Shown here: in pieces, positions 9,594 to 17,394 of the stretch
Position numbering within the stretch: position 1 is the first letter of the stretch
Layout: every line of letters starts with the position of its first letter
Translations under genes and position numbers: made by a program
The notes under the pieces: generated by a model
The model's input: the letters and a program-made list of their open reading frames with translations, nothing else
Told to the model about the DNA's origin: nothing
Databases searched by the model: none
Source of the DNA: a virus
Taxonomy: Duplodnaviria > Caudoviricetes
Reading direction: 5' to 3' (one strand)
DNA: 64,000 bases
IMG/VR virus record: IMGVR_UViG_3300049142_000092
Span: 5,185 to 69,184 of that record

Positions 9594-9900
9594 TTCTCGT
9601 CCCTCTCGGGCCGCCGATCCGCAAGACGGACCACCTGCGCGACCCCGAGACCCACGATGACGGCGAGCAGCAGCCACACCAAGCCCAGCACCAGAAACGT
9701 CGTCATGACATCCCCCGGCCGGCCAGCACCGCCGCCACACCGAGGGCGACATGCGCCCCGGCCACCACCGACAGCAGCGGCCACACCGACATGCCCCCAC
9801 GCCGGCGAGCACGCCGATGGCAGAGCGTCCCGCCGAGCGTCACCAAATCGGGGGCGGCCACAGCCAGCGCAACCCCGACAAGCACAAAGGCGGTGCTCAC
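9590..9900 (-). other. three very small hydrophobic (single-TM) ORFs
   Basis: 9590-9706 MTTFLVLGLVWLLLAVIVGLGVAQ..., ~9703-9792 MSVWPLLSVVAG..., ~9789-9900 MSTAFVLVGVALAV...; overlapping starts and stops. Confidence 0.5.
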
Positions 9901-10268
9901 AACTCGTTTCCCCACTCGTCTTCGTCGTAGCGGTAGGCGTCGCAGATCACTAGGGCGAGCACGCGCTTCGCGGACTCCTGAGTCGCCACCGGGGCTGCGT
10001 CGCGACTGTCGAACGCCCAGTCGAGGTTGTGCAGCTGGCCGGCTACGTCACGCAAGAACGACGGCCGATCCGACGCGATCAGGCGCAGCCCCGTTGGCTT
10101 GTGGGTCAGGGTCCAGTGGCCCGCGTACCGGCCGTCCTGGCCTATGGCCGGGGTAACCCACAGCTCCGGCGTTCCGGTCGCCTCTCCGACAACCGTCACC
10201 CTCCGACCCTCGAGGAGGGTGAGCACGACCGGAGACAGCTCAACGGCGATCCCGAAGGCGTCCATCAT
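9897..10268 (-). CDS. hypothetical protein (paralog of 8569-8937)
   Basis: WVTPAIG...HWTLTHKPTG...VAGQL...DW. Confidence 0.7.
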   Translation of the reverse strand: MMDAFGIAVELSPVVLTLLEGRRVTVVGEATGTPELWVTPAIGQDGRYAGHWTLTHKPTGLRLIASDRPSFLRDVAGQLHNLDWAFDSRDAAPVATQESAKRVLALVICDAYRYDEDEWGNEL

Positions 10269-10657
10269 TTTGCATCCTCTCCGGACAGCTCCCGGTCAAT
10301 GAGCTCTAGAGTTTCCGCAGGGATCTCGTTAGCGAGGTCGGACAAGCCTCCGACCACGCCGATGGGTAGTGCTCGAGCCAGATCGGTCAGGTCGTCGAAC
10401 AGGCGACCTGCCATCTCCAGCCCGTGCTGCCAGCAGGTGTCAGCGGACTGGCGAAACCGGTTCTCCAGGTCGACCGGGCCAGGGACGCGGAGGACACCGA
10501 CCGGCCACTCGGCTACTGCCTTGTCGTCCTGACCCCCGCCGCCACCAACGTGCAGCCACCGGTTGGCTGCGACCTTGATCCACGGTCCGGAGTCGCGTGG
10601 GTTCCTCCACCGGCACGTGCCCGGCGGGTCCTGCGCCGGGTTGCCGTACCTGCTCAT
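10265..10657 (-). CDS. hypothetical protein
   Basis: ORF track; coupled overlaps. Confidence 0.65.
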   Translation of the reverse strand: MSRYGNPAQDPPGTCRWRNPRDSGPWIKVAANRWLHVGGGGGQDDKAVAEWPVGVLRVPGPVDLENRFRQSADTCWQHGLEMAGRLFDDLTDLARALPIGVVGGLSDLANEIPAETLELIDRELSGEDAK

Positions 10658-10911
10658 CGGTCCTGCCCTGCGTCCTCGTCCTGGTTAGCCCGCGCCAGCA
10701 CGTCGTAGTCCATGATCGCCTTGCCGACTGCACTGATCTCGAGGTGAACGGACCGGCCCGGATGCGCCAGCGCTTCGACAAGGTCATGGGCCGCCTGCAC
10801 CAGCTCTACGGTCACCTTCTCGATCGGCCGCAGCCGCCGCACCTCGGCCTGGAGCTTGTCGTTCTCGGCCATCAATCTGCCGATGGCACGCCCAACCTCC
10901 AGCTCGTTCAC
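10654..10911 (-). CDS. coiled-coil hypothetical protein
   Basis: ORF track; coupled overlaps. Confidence 0.65.
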   Translation of the reverse strand: MNELEVGRAIGRLMAENDKLQAEVRRLRPIEKVTVELVQAAHDLVEALAHPGRSVHLEISAVGKAIMDYDVLARANQDEDAGQDR

Positions 10912-11126
10912 GACCCCACCTCCGTCCCGCCACGCGCGGCGGCCTCGTCGACGGAGAGGACGCGGCGGTTGTTCCGGCGAAGGATCGCCTCAACGGTGTA
11001 CGCCTCGCGGGTTCCGCCCACACGAGGGAACCCAGGCAACGTCAGGCCAGACTTGATCCGGTGTCGCCCGCGCATCGCCTCGGAGGTGTCACGGTCGGAT
11101 CGGTTACGATGTTGGTTGACGCTCAC
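10908..11126 (-). CDS. hypothetical protein
   Basis: ORF track; in operon. Confidence 0.5.
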   Translation of the reverse strand: MSVNQHRNRSDRDTSEAMRGRHRIKSGLTLPGFPRVGGTREAYTVEAILRRNNRRVLSVDEAAARGGTEVGS

Positions 11127-11209
11127 GTGGGGCAGCCAATCTCTTCGGGGTCGTCGACGAGCCCTCCTCCGTGCACCGGTGGAGGGCTGCGTCGTTCAGG
11201 GGGTTTGGT

Positions 11210-11389
11210 TCAGGCCACGTCGGCGGAGTGCAGAAGCTCCTCGAGCGCGTGGGCTGGGATGCGGAAGTGCCGGCCCACCTTGATCGCGGCCAGTTCGCGG
11301 CGGTGGATGAGCGCATACACCTGTTTCGCCGGCAGCTGCAGCAGCTGGGCGACCTGGTCGACGGTGTAGGCGCGAGGTTTGTCGGTCAT
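11210..11389 (-). CDS. xis: excisionase / HTH_17 DNA-binding protein (59 aa, not in ORF track)
   Basis: Hand translation MTDKPRAYTVDQVAQLLQLPAKQVYALIHRRELAAIKVGRHFRIPAHALEELLHSADVA. Confidence 0.85.
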   Translation of the reverse strand: MTDKPRAYTVDQVAQLLQLPAKQVYALIHRRELAAIKVGRHFRIPAHALEELLHSADVA

Positions 11390-11664
11390 GCCGCGGCCTG
11401 GTCGCTGATCAGGGTGGTGAACTCGTCGATGCTGACGTCTCGGCCGAGGTGCTCGGAGAGGACCCGGCGAGCCCGGTACACCTTGGGCGCGGACAGCTGG
11501 TGCCCGATCGACTCAGGCTTCTTGGCGTCGCGGCCGACCTCGAGTTCGACGTTCTTGAGGTGACCGACGGAGCAGTCGATCGCGGTTGCGAGTTCGCGGC
11601 GATGCAGGCCTGCCTGTTCGCGGAGCAGCTTCAGCTGCCTGCCGTGGACCTTCCGACCTTCCAT
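11386..11664 (-). CDS. Cro-like HTH regulator
   Basis: LKLLREQAGLHRRELATAIDCSVGHLKNVE; divergent from the repressor. Confidence 0.8.
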   Translation of the reverse strand: MEGRKVHGRQLKLLREQAGLHRRELATAIDCSVGHLKNVELEVGRDAKKPESIGHQLSAPKVYRARRVLSEHLGRDVSIDEFTTLISDQAAA

Positions 11665-11719
11665 GCGGCAGATACTAGCAGGATTGAGCAGATCGTGACA
11701 AGCAGGATAGGCAGCCCTG
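11665..11719 (-). promoter_or_regulatory. early leftward leaderless promoter with operator-like repeats
   Basis: Minus strand TTGTCA-18 nt-TAGTAT-7 nt-ATG; repeated GCAG(G)AT units overlap -35 and -10. Confidence 0.75.
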
Positions 11720-11820
11720 TAGCGAAATCGCGGCCGCTCGTGTCAGTGTGACTGACTGTGACGGGGACACAAAGGCAAGGCCCACCACCGACTCTGCCCT
11801 TTTCTGCCTACACTCACAGA

Positions 11821-12237
11821 GTGACCTGGACAGGGCAACGCCTACGCGACGCACGCGCAAGACGCGGCTGGACCCAAGCAGAGCTCGCCGAACAACTCGG
11901 AGCAGCACCACGCTCCGTCGCCTCCTGGGAACGCGAGGAAGCCCGCCCACAAGCCCACTGGATCAGCAAACTCGACACCCTCTTCGCCGACGAACCCCCC
12001 ACCGACCGGCTCGACCAAGCCACCATCGAACGCGCCCTCGACGAGGCCACCTTCCTCGACCTCCTCGCAGCCGTCGCCCGCAAACACGCACGCCTCGCCA
12101 AACCCGACGGGGACACACCCGATCTGCCATCCGGCCGGTACGTGTGGCGCACGGAGGACGCCCCCTCCACCAGACGGGCCCGCCAAATCCCCCCAGACAA
12201 GGATCAACCGGGCGGACCGGGAGGCCAAGTGCTGTAA
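11821..12237 (+). CDS. CI-like immunity repressor (XRE HTH)
   Basis: LRDARARRGWTQAELAEQLGAAPRSVASWE; GTG 6 nt after a TACACT -10 box (11809-11814), suggesting leaderless expression. Confidence 0.85.
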   Translation: MTWTGQRLRDARARRGWTQAELAEQLGAAPRSVASWEREEARPQAHWISKLDTLFADEPPTDRLDQATIERALDEATFLDLLAAVARKHARLAKPDGDTPDLPSGRYVWRTEDAPSTRRARQIPPDKDQPGGPGGQVL

Positions 12238-12352
12238 CACGCACAGCGCGTGGCACGATCCGCACAGTGCGTGCCCCCCACGGGGAGGGAGACCGCTTAC
12301 CTGAGCCGGGGCGCGAACCACCACCGTCGGTCCATAAAGGTAGGTTCCCACC

Positions 12353-12661
12353 GTGACACAGGCGCTGACCAGTGAACCAAGGAATCTCGAACAGTGCCTG
12401 GACGGGTTCATCACCACGCTGCGCCGGCTCTCCGAAGAGTGGGCCATCACCGTTGAACACGCCGCGCTCCCCGCGTGTGACCTCGGCGAGTTCGACCCCG
12501 CCACACGCACCGTGCGGATCCGCCACGACGCCCCCCTCGAAGACCAGCTGACCGTCATCTCCGACGTGTGGTGGCTGCTGACCTTCGGGCCGCACGCCAC
12601 CCGCTCCGCCCGCCGGCAGCCGCACCTCCAGCTCGTCCCCACCCCCCGCACCGGCAGCTGA
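12353..12661 (+). CDS. ImmA/IrrE-like protein lacking HEXXH
   Basis: ITVEHAAL...GEFDPATRTVRIRHDAPLEDQLTVISDV resembles the ImmA N-terminal fold; located between repressor and integrase. Confidence 0.5.
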   Translation: MTQALTSEPRNLEQCLDGFITTLRRLSEEWAITVEHAALPACDLGEFDPATRTVRIRHDAPLEDQLTVISDVWWLLTFGPHATRSARRQPHLQLVPTPRTGS

Positions 12662-12662
12662 G

Positions 12663-13805
12663 ATGGGGCGACAGCCCCTCCCGATCGGCGCCCACGGCAA
12701 CATCAAAACCACCCCCGTCGGGCCGAAGCTGTGGCTCGCCAGGTGCCGCTACCGCGACCCCGACGGCGTCACCCGGCAGGTGAAACGCACCGGCCGCTCA
12801 AAGTCGGCGGCCGAGAACGAGCTCCGCAAAGCCCTCACCGAACGCAAACGCACCGCCGGCGCCACCATCACCGGCGACTCCCGCCTCGCCGACGCCGCCA
12901 CCAAGTGGTTCGTGCAGCGCCGCGCAGAGGTCGACGGCGGCGACCTCGCCCCCACCACCCTCGCCGTGTACGAGTCAGCGTGGACCCTGTACGTCGAGCC
13001 GGCACTCGGGCAGGTCCGGCTGCGTGAGTTCACCGTGGCCCTGTGCGAGGACTGGATCGTCAACCTGCGCCGCCGCAAAGGCCCCTCAGCCACCAAGTCG
13101 GCGCGGACCGTGCTGTCCGGGATCCTCGGCTACGCCGCCCGCCTCGGTGCCATCCACACCAACCCTGTGCGGGACCTCTCAAGGATCCCCGGCGGGAAAA
13201 AACAGCCCGTGCGGGCTCTCACCACAGAGGAGCGCCGGCAGTGGCTCGAGGCCATGGAAGCCGACGAGAAAGCCGCACGGTGGGACATCCCCGACCTCAC
13301 CCGGTTCATGCTCGCCACCGGCTGCCGCGTCGGCGAAGCCTTGGCCGTGTCATGGGATGAGGTCGACTTCGACCAGGCGACCGTCAACATCCGCTGGCGG
13401 CTCGTCCCCGTGAAGGGTGAAGGGATCCGGCGGGTGAAGGGCGCCAAGAGCGTCGCCGGGGAACGGGTGCTGCAGCTGCCCCGCTGGTGCGTCGACATGC
13501 TCATGCGCCGACGCATCGACCCCATGTCCGGGTACCCCGTGTTCCCCGACGGACTCGGCGGTTGGCGGTGGCCCACCAACGTGTTGAAGGTGCTGCGGCA
13601 GGCCCGCGACGACGCCGGCTTCGGATGGGTCACCTCGCACGTGTTCCGGAAGACGACCCTCACCGTGCTCGACGAGGCCGGGCTGACACCGCGGGTACTC
13701 GCCGACCAGGCAGGGCACTCGGATCCGTCGATGACGCAGCGGGTGTACATGGCGCGGAAGGTCGCGTCGGAGCAGGCGGCACAGGCGCTCGAGGATCTGC
13801 TGTAG
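12663..13805 (+). CDS. int: tyrosine integrase
   Basis: ATGCRVGEALA (Arg), KGAKS, TSHVFRKT (HxxR), AGHSDPSMTQRVY (His/Tyr). Confidence 0.97.
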   Translation: MGRQPLPIGAHGNIKTTPVGPKLWLARCRYRDPDGVTRQVKRTGRSKSAAENELRKALTERKRTAGATITGDSRLADAATKWFVQRRAEVDGGDLAPTTLAVYESAWTLYVEPALGQVRLREFTVALCEDWIVNLRRRKGPSATKSARTVLSGILGYAARLGAIHTNPVRDLSRIPGGKKQPVRALTTEERRQWLEAMEADEKAARWDIPDLTRFMLATGCRVGEALAVSWDEVDFDQATVNIRWRLVPVKGEGIRRVKGAKSVAGERVLQLPRWCVDMLMRRRIDPMSGYPVFPDGLGGWRWPTNVLKVLRQARDDAGFGWVTSHVFRKTTLTVLDEAGLTPRVLADQAGHSDPSMTQRVYMARKVASEQAAQALEDLL

Positions 13806-13810
13806 GTGGC

Positions 13811-13845
13811 TTGCTCTTTGTCGCGCAACGCGATAACGTAAAGGC
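13811..13845 (+). promoter_or_regulatory. putative leaderless promoter
   Basis: TTGCTC-17 nt-TAACGT-6 nt-ATG(13846). Confidence 0.5.
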
Positions 13846-14037
13846 ATGCTCACCGACGCAGACATCCGCCGCCAAGTCACTCAAGCCGTCACCGCCAACG
13901 GTCCCGCGCTCGCAGAGGGCATCGACATCGATGCCGTCGTGCGGGAGATCATCGCCGCCTACGGCCTGGTCGACATCGACGAGATCGGCGACAACTTCTG
14001 GGAGATCGTCGCCCGCAACGACAGCACCCAGGCATGA
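13846..14037 (+). CDS. small acidic hypothetical protein
   Basis: ORF track, good codon bias, promoter directly upstream. Confidence 0.7.
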   Translation: MLTDADIRRQVTQAVTANGPALAEGIDIDAVVREIIAAYGLVDIDEIGDNFWEIVARNDSTQA

Positions 14038-14219
14038 CCGAACTCATGTCCCGCGACGAGGTCGCAGCCCTGCTCGGGATCAAACCCAACTCGGTGCGGG
14101 ACACCCTGCGCCGCTACGGCATCACCGAGCAGCGCGGCTACCCCCGCGAAGCCGTCGAGAACCTGAAGCGGCCCGGCCGCGGACATCGCACCGACCTACA
14201 CGGCCCACCCGCCAACTAA
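14034..14219 (+). CDS. small MerR/AlpA-like HTH protein
   Basis: MSRDEVAALLGIKPNSVRDTLRR...RPGRGHRTDL. Confidence 0.75.
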   Translation: MTELMSRDEVAALLGIKPNSVRDTLRRYGITEQRGYPREAVENLKRPGRGHRTDLHGPPAN

Positions 14220-14254
14220 CCGCCAGTTTCGTTGGCTCTACAGGAGGTAGAAGC

Positions 14255-14446
14255 ATGGATCAGGCGGAGCACCCGCCACGCTGCGGGCGATGCTGGGCAC
14301 CGCTCCGCCTCGATGGTGCTGGCGAGTGGGTGAACGACGAGCCCCTCTCGGGGCCCGTGTGCATGAGGAACGGCCCGCACGAGCCAATGGACGACGTGAC
14401 GCTCAAGCTGTGGCACCGCGTCAACAGGCCCGGCTCCGTCCGATAA
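14255..14446 (+). CDS. small zinc-finger protein
   Basis: RBS aggagg; CGRC...C...H. Confidence 0.55.
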   Translation: MDQAEHPPRCGRCWAPLRLDGAGEWVNDEPLSGPVCMRNGPHEPMDDVTLKLWHRVNRPGSVR

Positions 14447-14487
14447 CTGCCTCGAATGACAGAACTTCGACTGAGGAGACTGCACTC

Positions 14488-14673
14488 ATGACGGACGAAG
14501 AGACGATCACGGCGGCGTTGACAGCAGCCGGGATACACGTCGAGCACGTCGACCTGACCCCAGGCACGGTAGCGGACTACGACGCAGACCGGCGCGTGTT
14601 GACAATCTCGAACAGCGCAGACGTTGACGAGCGCATCTGGGCCCTGACTGAGGTCCAGGAAGCACTCTCCTGA
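14488..14673 (+). CDS. ImmA-like fragment (paralog of 12353-12661)
   Basis: GIHVEHVDL...ADYDADRRVLTISNSADVDERIWALTEV; RBS gaggag. Confidence 0.55.
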   Translation: MTDEETITAALTAAGIHVEHVDLTPGTVADYDADRRVLTISNSADVDERIWALTEVQEALS

Positions 14674-14932
14674 CAGCTCATTGCTCCTTTCAGGGCCCTA
14701 AGCGTGCCCTGATCTTGCCGGACCGATCTTTCGTGGAGCGTCTGGCCTGGTCATCGGTGGGGCGGGTGGGACTCGAACCCACGACCTGACGGTTTCTTAT
14801 CGACGCTGCCCGTTGGTTCCCAGTGCTGCCCGACAGGCCCCTTGAGCACCCTCTCCGCGAACCGATCTCGCCCGTTGATGCCAGGCGAGACCAGTTGCCG
14901 TTCGTACATTCCGTGCCCTAAAGGTGCCCTCA
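14639..14932. other. attP site (core plus arm-type integrase sites)
   Basis: tRNA 3'-half core at 14756-14794; G(T/G)GCCCTNA repeats at 14639, 14693, 14704 (left) and 14913, 14924 (right); both tandem pairs are 11 bp apart. Confidence 0.75.
14756..14794 (-). tRNA. 3' half of a tRNA gene only (att core); isoacceptor not assignable
   Basis: Minus strand AA CCGTC AGGTC GTGGG TTCGAGT CCCAC CCGCCCC A CC = anticodon 3' strand, variable loop, T-arm, acceptor 3' strand; no 5' half nearby. Confidence 0.85.
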
Positions 14933-15379
14933 GGAGACGCTGAGGCCCGGCGCCCACTCCTCGCGGTAGCCCGGCCGGTCCGCGTACGCAGACGCGAGCG
15001 GCCGTAGCACGTCAAGTTCCCATAGCTGCCGCACGCTCTCGACATGATCTCGAACCTCGTCGTCGACCGCGGTCGCCCCGAAGGCGAGAGCCGCCTCGTC
15101 CACAATCGCGCGCTTGGCCGCGACGTCGCGCAGCACACGCGCCGGGTCGTGACGGGCGATGTGGTCGGCAATTGGGGCGAGGACCTCGTGGGCCACAGAC
15201 CAGTAGTGTCCCGCCTTGTCTTCGGAAACGTGGCGCCGCTCGGGATCGTCGGCATACTGGTCCGCGGACCAGGTCCCAGGCTGCACTGCGTCCGGATGCA
15301 ACGCCGCCCACGCCACGCGCTCGTCCTCGTCCAGCTGCGCACGCAGCCAGGCCACCAGGCCGACGACATGCTCAGCCAC
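14930..15379 (-). CDS. DUF6221-family protein
   Basis: LVAWLRAQLDEDE...HIARHDPARVLRDVAAKRAI...LASAYADRPGYREEWAP. Confidence 0.85.
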   Translation of the reverse strand: MAEHVVGLVAWLRAQLDEDERVAWAALHPDAVQPGTWSADQYADDPERRHVSEDKAGHYWSVAHEVLAPIADHIARHDPARVLRDVAAKRAIVDEAALAFGATAVDDEVRDHVESVRQLWELDVLRPLASAYADRPGYREEWAPGLSVS

Positions 15380-15417
15380 AGTTCACCTCCGTGTCCGGCG
15401 CCCACTCGGCCCGGTAC
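15371..15417 (-). repeat. 47-bp imperfect inverted repeat, left copy
   Basis: Reverse complement matches 27301-27347 at 43/47 positions. Confidence 0.9.
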
Positions 15418-15872
15418 GAGTCGTGCCCAGCGTAGGGAAGAGCGAGCAGACGCATAGTGACGCACGGCCACTCCGGCTGCCAGGCGCAGTACGAGCAGCA
15501 GATGCAGTTGGGCAGCTGGAGATGCGGCCGGCTGTACTCGCGTGGCTGGTGCAGGTCGATGATGCGGCGTTTCGCCTGCACATCCGCGAGCACCCGCGCC
15601 GGATCCCACCGGGCAATGTGGTTTCGGTAGTTCTCTCCGTCGAAGTACATCTCGCCGCATCGTGCGACCAGGTTCGATCCGCCGTGTACGAGCAGCTCGC
15701 CATCCGACAGCTGCAGAGCCTCGGGATCGTCCGACGTCACGACCGCATAGTTGTACTCGTCGCCAACGTCGACAGCGGCAGTCCAAGAGGACTCACCGCG
15801 CTCGATGGCTTGAGCCGCCTGCTCGTCCTCGTCGAGGCGGGCCTTCAGGAAGGCCACCAGGTCATCAGTCAC
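15372..15872 (-). CDS. DUF6221-family protein (second copy)
   Basis: LVAFLKARLDEDE...HIARWDPARVLADVQAKRRI...PCVTMRLLALPYAGHDSYRAEWAP. Confidence 0.85.
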   Translation of the reverse strand: MTDDLVAFLKARLDEDEQAAQAIERGESSWTAAVDVGDEYNYAVVTSDDPEALQLSDGELLVHGGSNLVARCGEMYFDGENYRNHIARWDPARVLADVQAKRRIIDLHQPREYSRPHLQLPNCICCSYCAWQPEWPCVTMRLLALPYAGHDSYRAEWAPDTEVNCG

Positions 15873-16107
15873 GAGGTCCCCATGTCGGCTCGAACCCGTT
15901 GACGCCGAAGCCGATGCTGATCGTTGCGTCGTCGGGCAGCTCGTCACACGCAAGCTTGACCGAGTGCCAGGAGGTCAGATCGATCGGCCAGGCAGCTCGC
16001 CAGCTGTGCTTCCCGCACCTGTCCACGCCCTCGTAGACCAGTTCCAACGGGATGACGTCGTCGTCGACGAGGAGGCGCGCGTTCTTTGGCGGTACCGGCT
16101 CAGTCAT
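15865..16107 (-). CDS. hypothetical protein
   Basis: MTEPVPPKNARLLVDDDVIPLEL...; ATGA overlap with the Nudix gene. Confidence 0.6.
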   Translation of the reverse strand: MTEPVPPKNARLLVDDDVIPLELVYEGVDRCGKHSWRAAWPIDLTSWHSVKLACDELPDDATISIGFGVNGFEPTWGPRD

Positions 16108-16700
16108 GAGATAACCCGCCCGAGGTGTTCCCGGACTGGCTCGTACACGCCCGGCAGCAGGGTGTCGACCTCGGCGAGGGACAGCCAGCGGACCTCCGCG
16201 AGCTCGTCCTTGTCGCCCACGAAGACGTCCGTGCCCGCGACAGGGGTGCACGCCAGGTAGATCATCGTTCGGCCCGTCTTCGGGTGGACACGTCGGCCGA
16301 TCTCGTGGTGACCGGCGCGCACCTCGAGCCCCGTCTCTTCCTTCACCTCGCGCACGGCGGCGTCGACAGCGGACTCGCCGGGCTCGATCTCCCCCGCGAT
16401 GAACGTCCACGGCGGCTTGCCGTCGTTGCGCTTCCCCGCGAGCACGCCGCGGTGGCTGGTGACGATCGCCGCCACGACCGGCTGGTGCTCGGGGACAGCT
16501 GCGGGTTCGGGCACGCGGAACTCCTCCTCGTGGAGTCGAAGCTGACGGCGCACGTCGTTCAGGACCCACCGGGATTGACCCCTCGGTGTCACGAACGCGG
16601 GCCGGACTAGCCCGGCCCGCTGCCACCGCCACACGGTCGTCCGGCTGATGCCGAGCGCACGGGCAAGGGCGTTGCTCGTGAGGAACTCGGGGTCAGCCAC
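16104..16700 (-). CDS. HTH-Nudix hydrolase fusion (regulator)
   Basis: N-terminal ALARALGISRTTVWRW HTH; Nudix box variant AGEIEPGESAVDAAVREVKEETG; divergent from the mobilisation operon. Confidence 0.9.
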   Translation of the reverse strand: MADPEFLTSNALARALGISRTTVWRWQRAGLVRPAFVTPRGQSRWVLNDVRRQLRLHEEEFRVPEPAAVPEHQPVVAAIVTSHRGVLAGKRNDGKPPWTFIAGEIEPGESAVDAAVREVKEETGLEVRAGHHEIGRRVHPKTGRTMIYLACTPVAGTDVFVGDKDELAEVRWLSLAEVDTLLPGVYEPVREHLGRVIS

Positions 16701-16740
16701 CTCGTGAGCCTCCCAGAGACCGAGCAACGGATGCACTGGA

Positions 16741-16800
16741 GTGGAACGTATTGCAACGATCATCACCCTCCTCTACAGTCGTGGTGGAACAGATTGAAAC
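16741..16800. promoter_or_regulatory. 17-bp direct repeats in the divergent promoter (candidate operator)
   Basis: GTGGAACGTATTGCAAC (16741) and GTGGAACAGATTGAAAC (16784), 14/17 identical, 43 bp apart. Confidence 0.55.
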
Positions 16801-16815
16801 AGTTGGAGGCCGCAG

Positions 16816-17013
16816 ATGGCAAACACCCCCGCGAGCACCTGCTCCACCTGCAGCACGCCGGCGGGCCTCGGCGGCCACCCGCTGTACCCGGTCGTTGACG
16901 CCACCGGCCGCACGGAGCGGTGCTTCGCGTGCCTGCTCACGCTGGTGGCTCGGGTCCGCTCGAGCGAGGACGTGACCGTGTTCCTGGCCAGCACCACCGC
17001 GCTACCGACCTGA
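16816..17013 (+). CDS. small zinc-finger protein
   Basis: CSTC...CFAC; RBS ggagg. Confidence 0.65.
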   Translation: MANTPASTCSTCSTPAGLGGHPLYPVVDATGRTERCFACLLTLVARVRSSEDVTVFLASTTALPT

Positions 17014-17097
17014 CAACGAAGACGGCCCGGCAAGGAGCACCACCTCCCGCCGGGCCTAACCACCTCCACCCGGTCTCCACCAAGAAGGAAGGGCTCC

Positions 17098-17394
17098 ATG
17101 CAGTCTGTCAGTCCGCCCAGGGCACCTGCCACGGAGCAGCCCACACAGCCCCTGCCGATCGGCGCGACGCTGCCGCCAAGGCACAGCGACTTCAAGGAGT
17201 TCGGGCTGTGGCTGTTCCCCGGCGCACCCGTCGCCGCGGCCGCGGTCGGGATCCCTCTCCACGACCTGTGGATCTACACCGACGACGCGATGTTCGCGTT
17301 CGCGGTGCTCGGGCTCGGCGGGCTGCTCGTCGCCGCCCTGGTCGTGTTCCTGTTCGCCCGCGCCGTCAGCCGCGGGGAGGACGGGCGATCCTGA
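17098..17394 (+). CDS. small membrane protein
   Basis: Two hydrophobic segments; TGATG overlap with the next gene. Confidence 0.7.
   Translation: MQSVSPPRAPATEQPTQPLPIGATLPPRHSDFKEFGLWLFPGAPVAAAAVGIPLHDLWIYTDDAMFAFAVLGLGGLLVAALVVFLFARAVSRGEDGRS

Noticed and set aside
13846-14219. Toxin-antitoxin pair downstream of the integrase
   Set aside because: A two-gene operon with an HTH, but no recognisable toxin motif (RelE, HicA, PIN, Fic, MazF).
14756-14794. Functional phage tRNA gene
   Set aside because: Only the 3' half is present; no D-arm or 5' acceptor strand, and the 7 nt upstream do not form a canonical anticodon loop. Treated as the att core.
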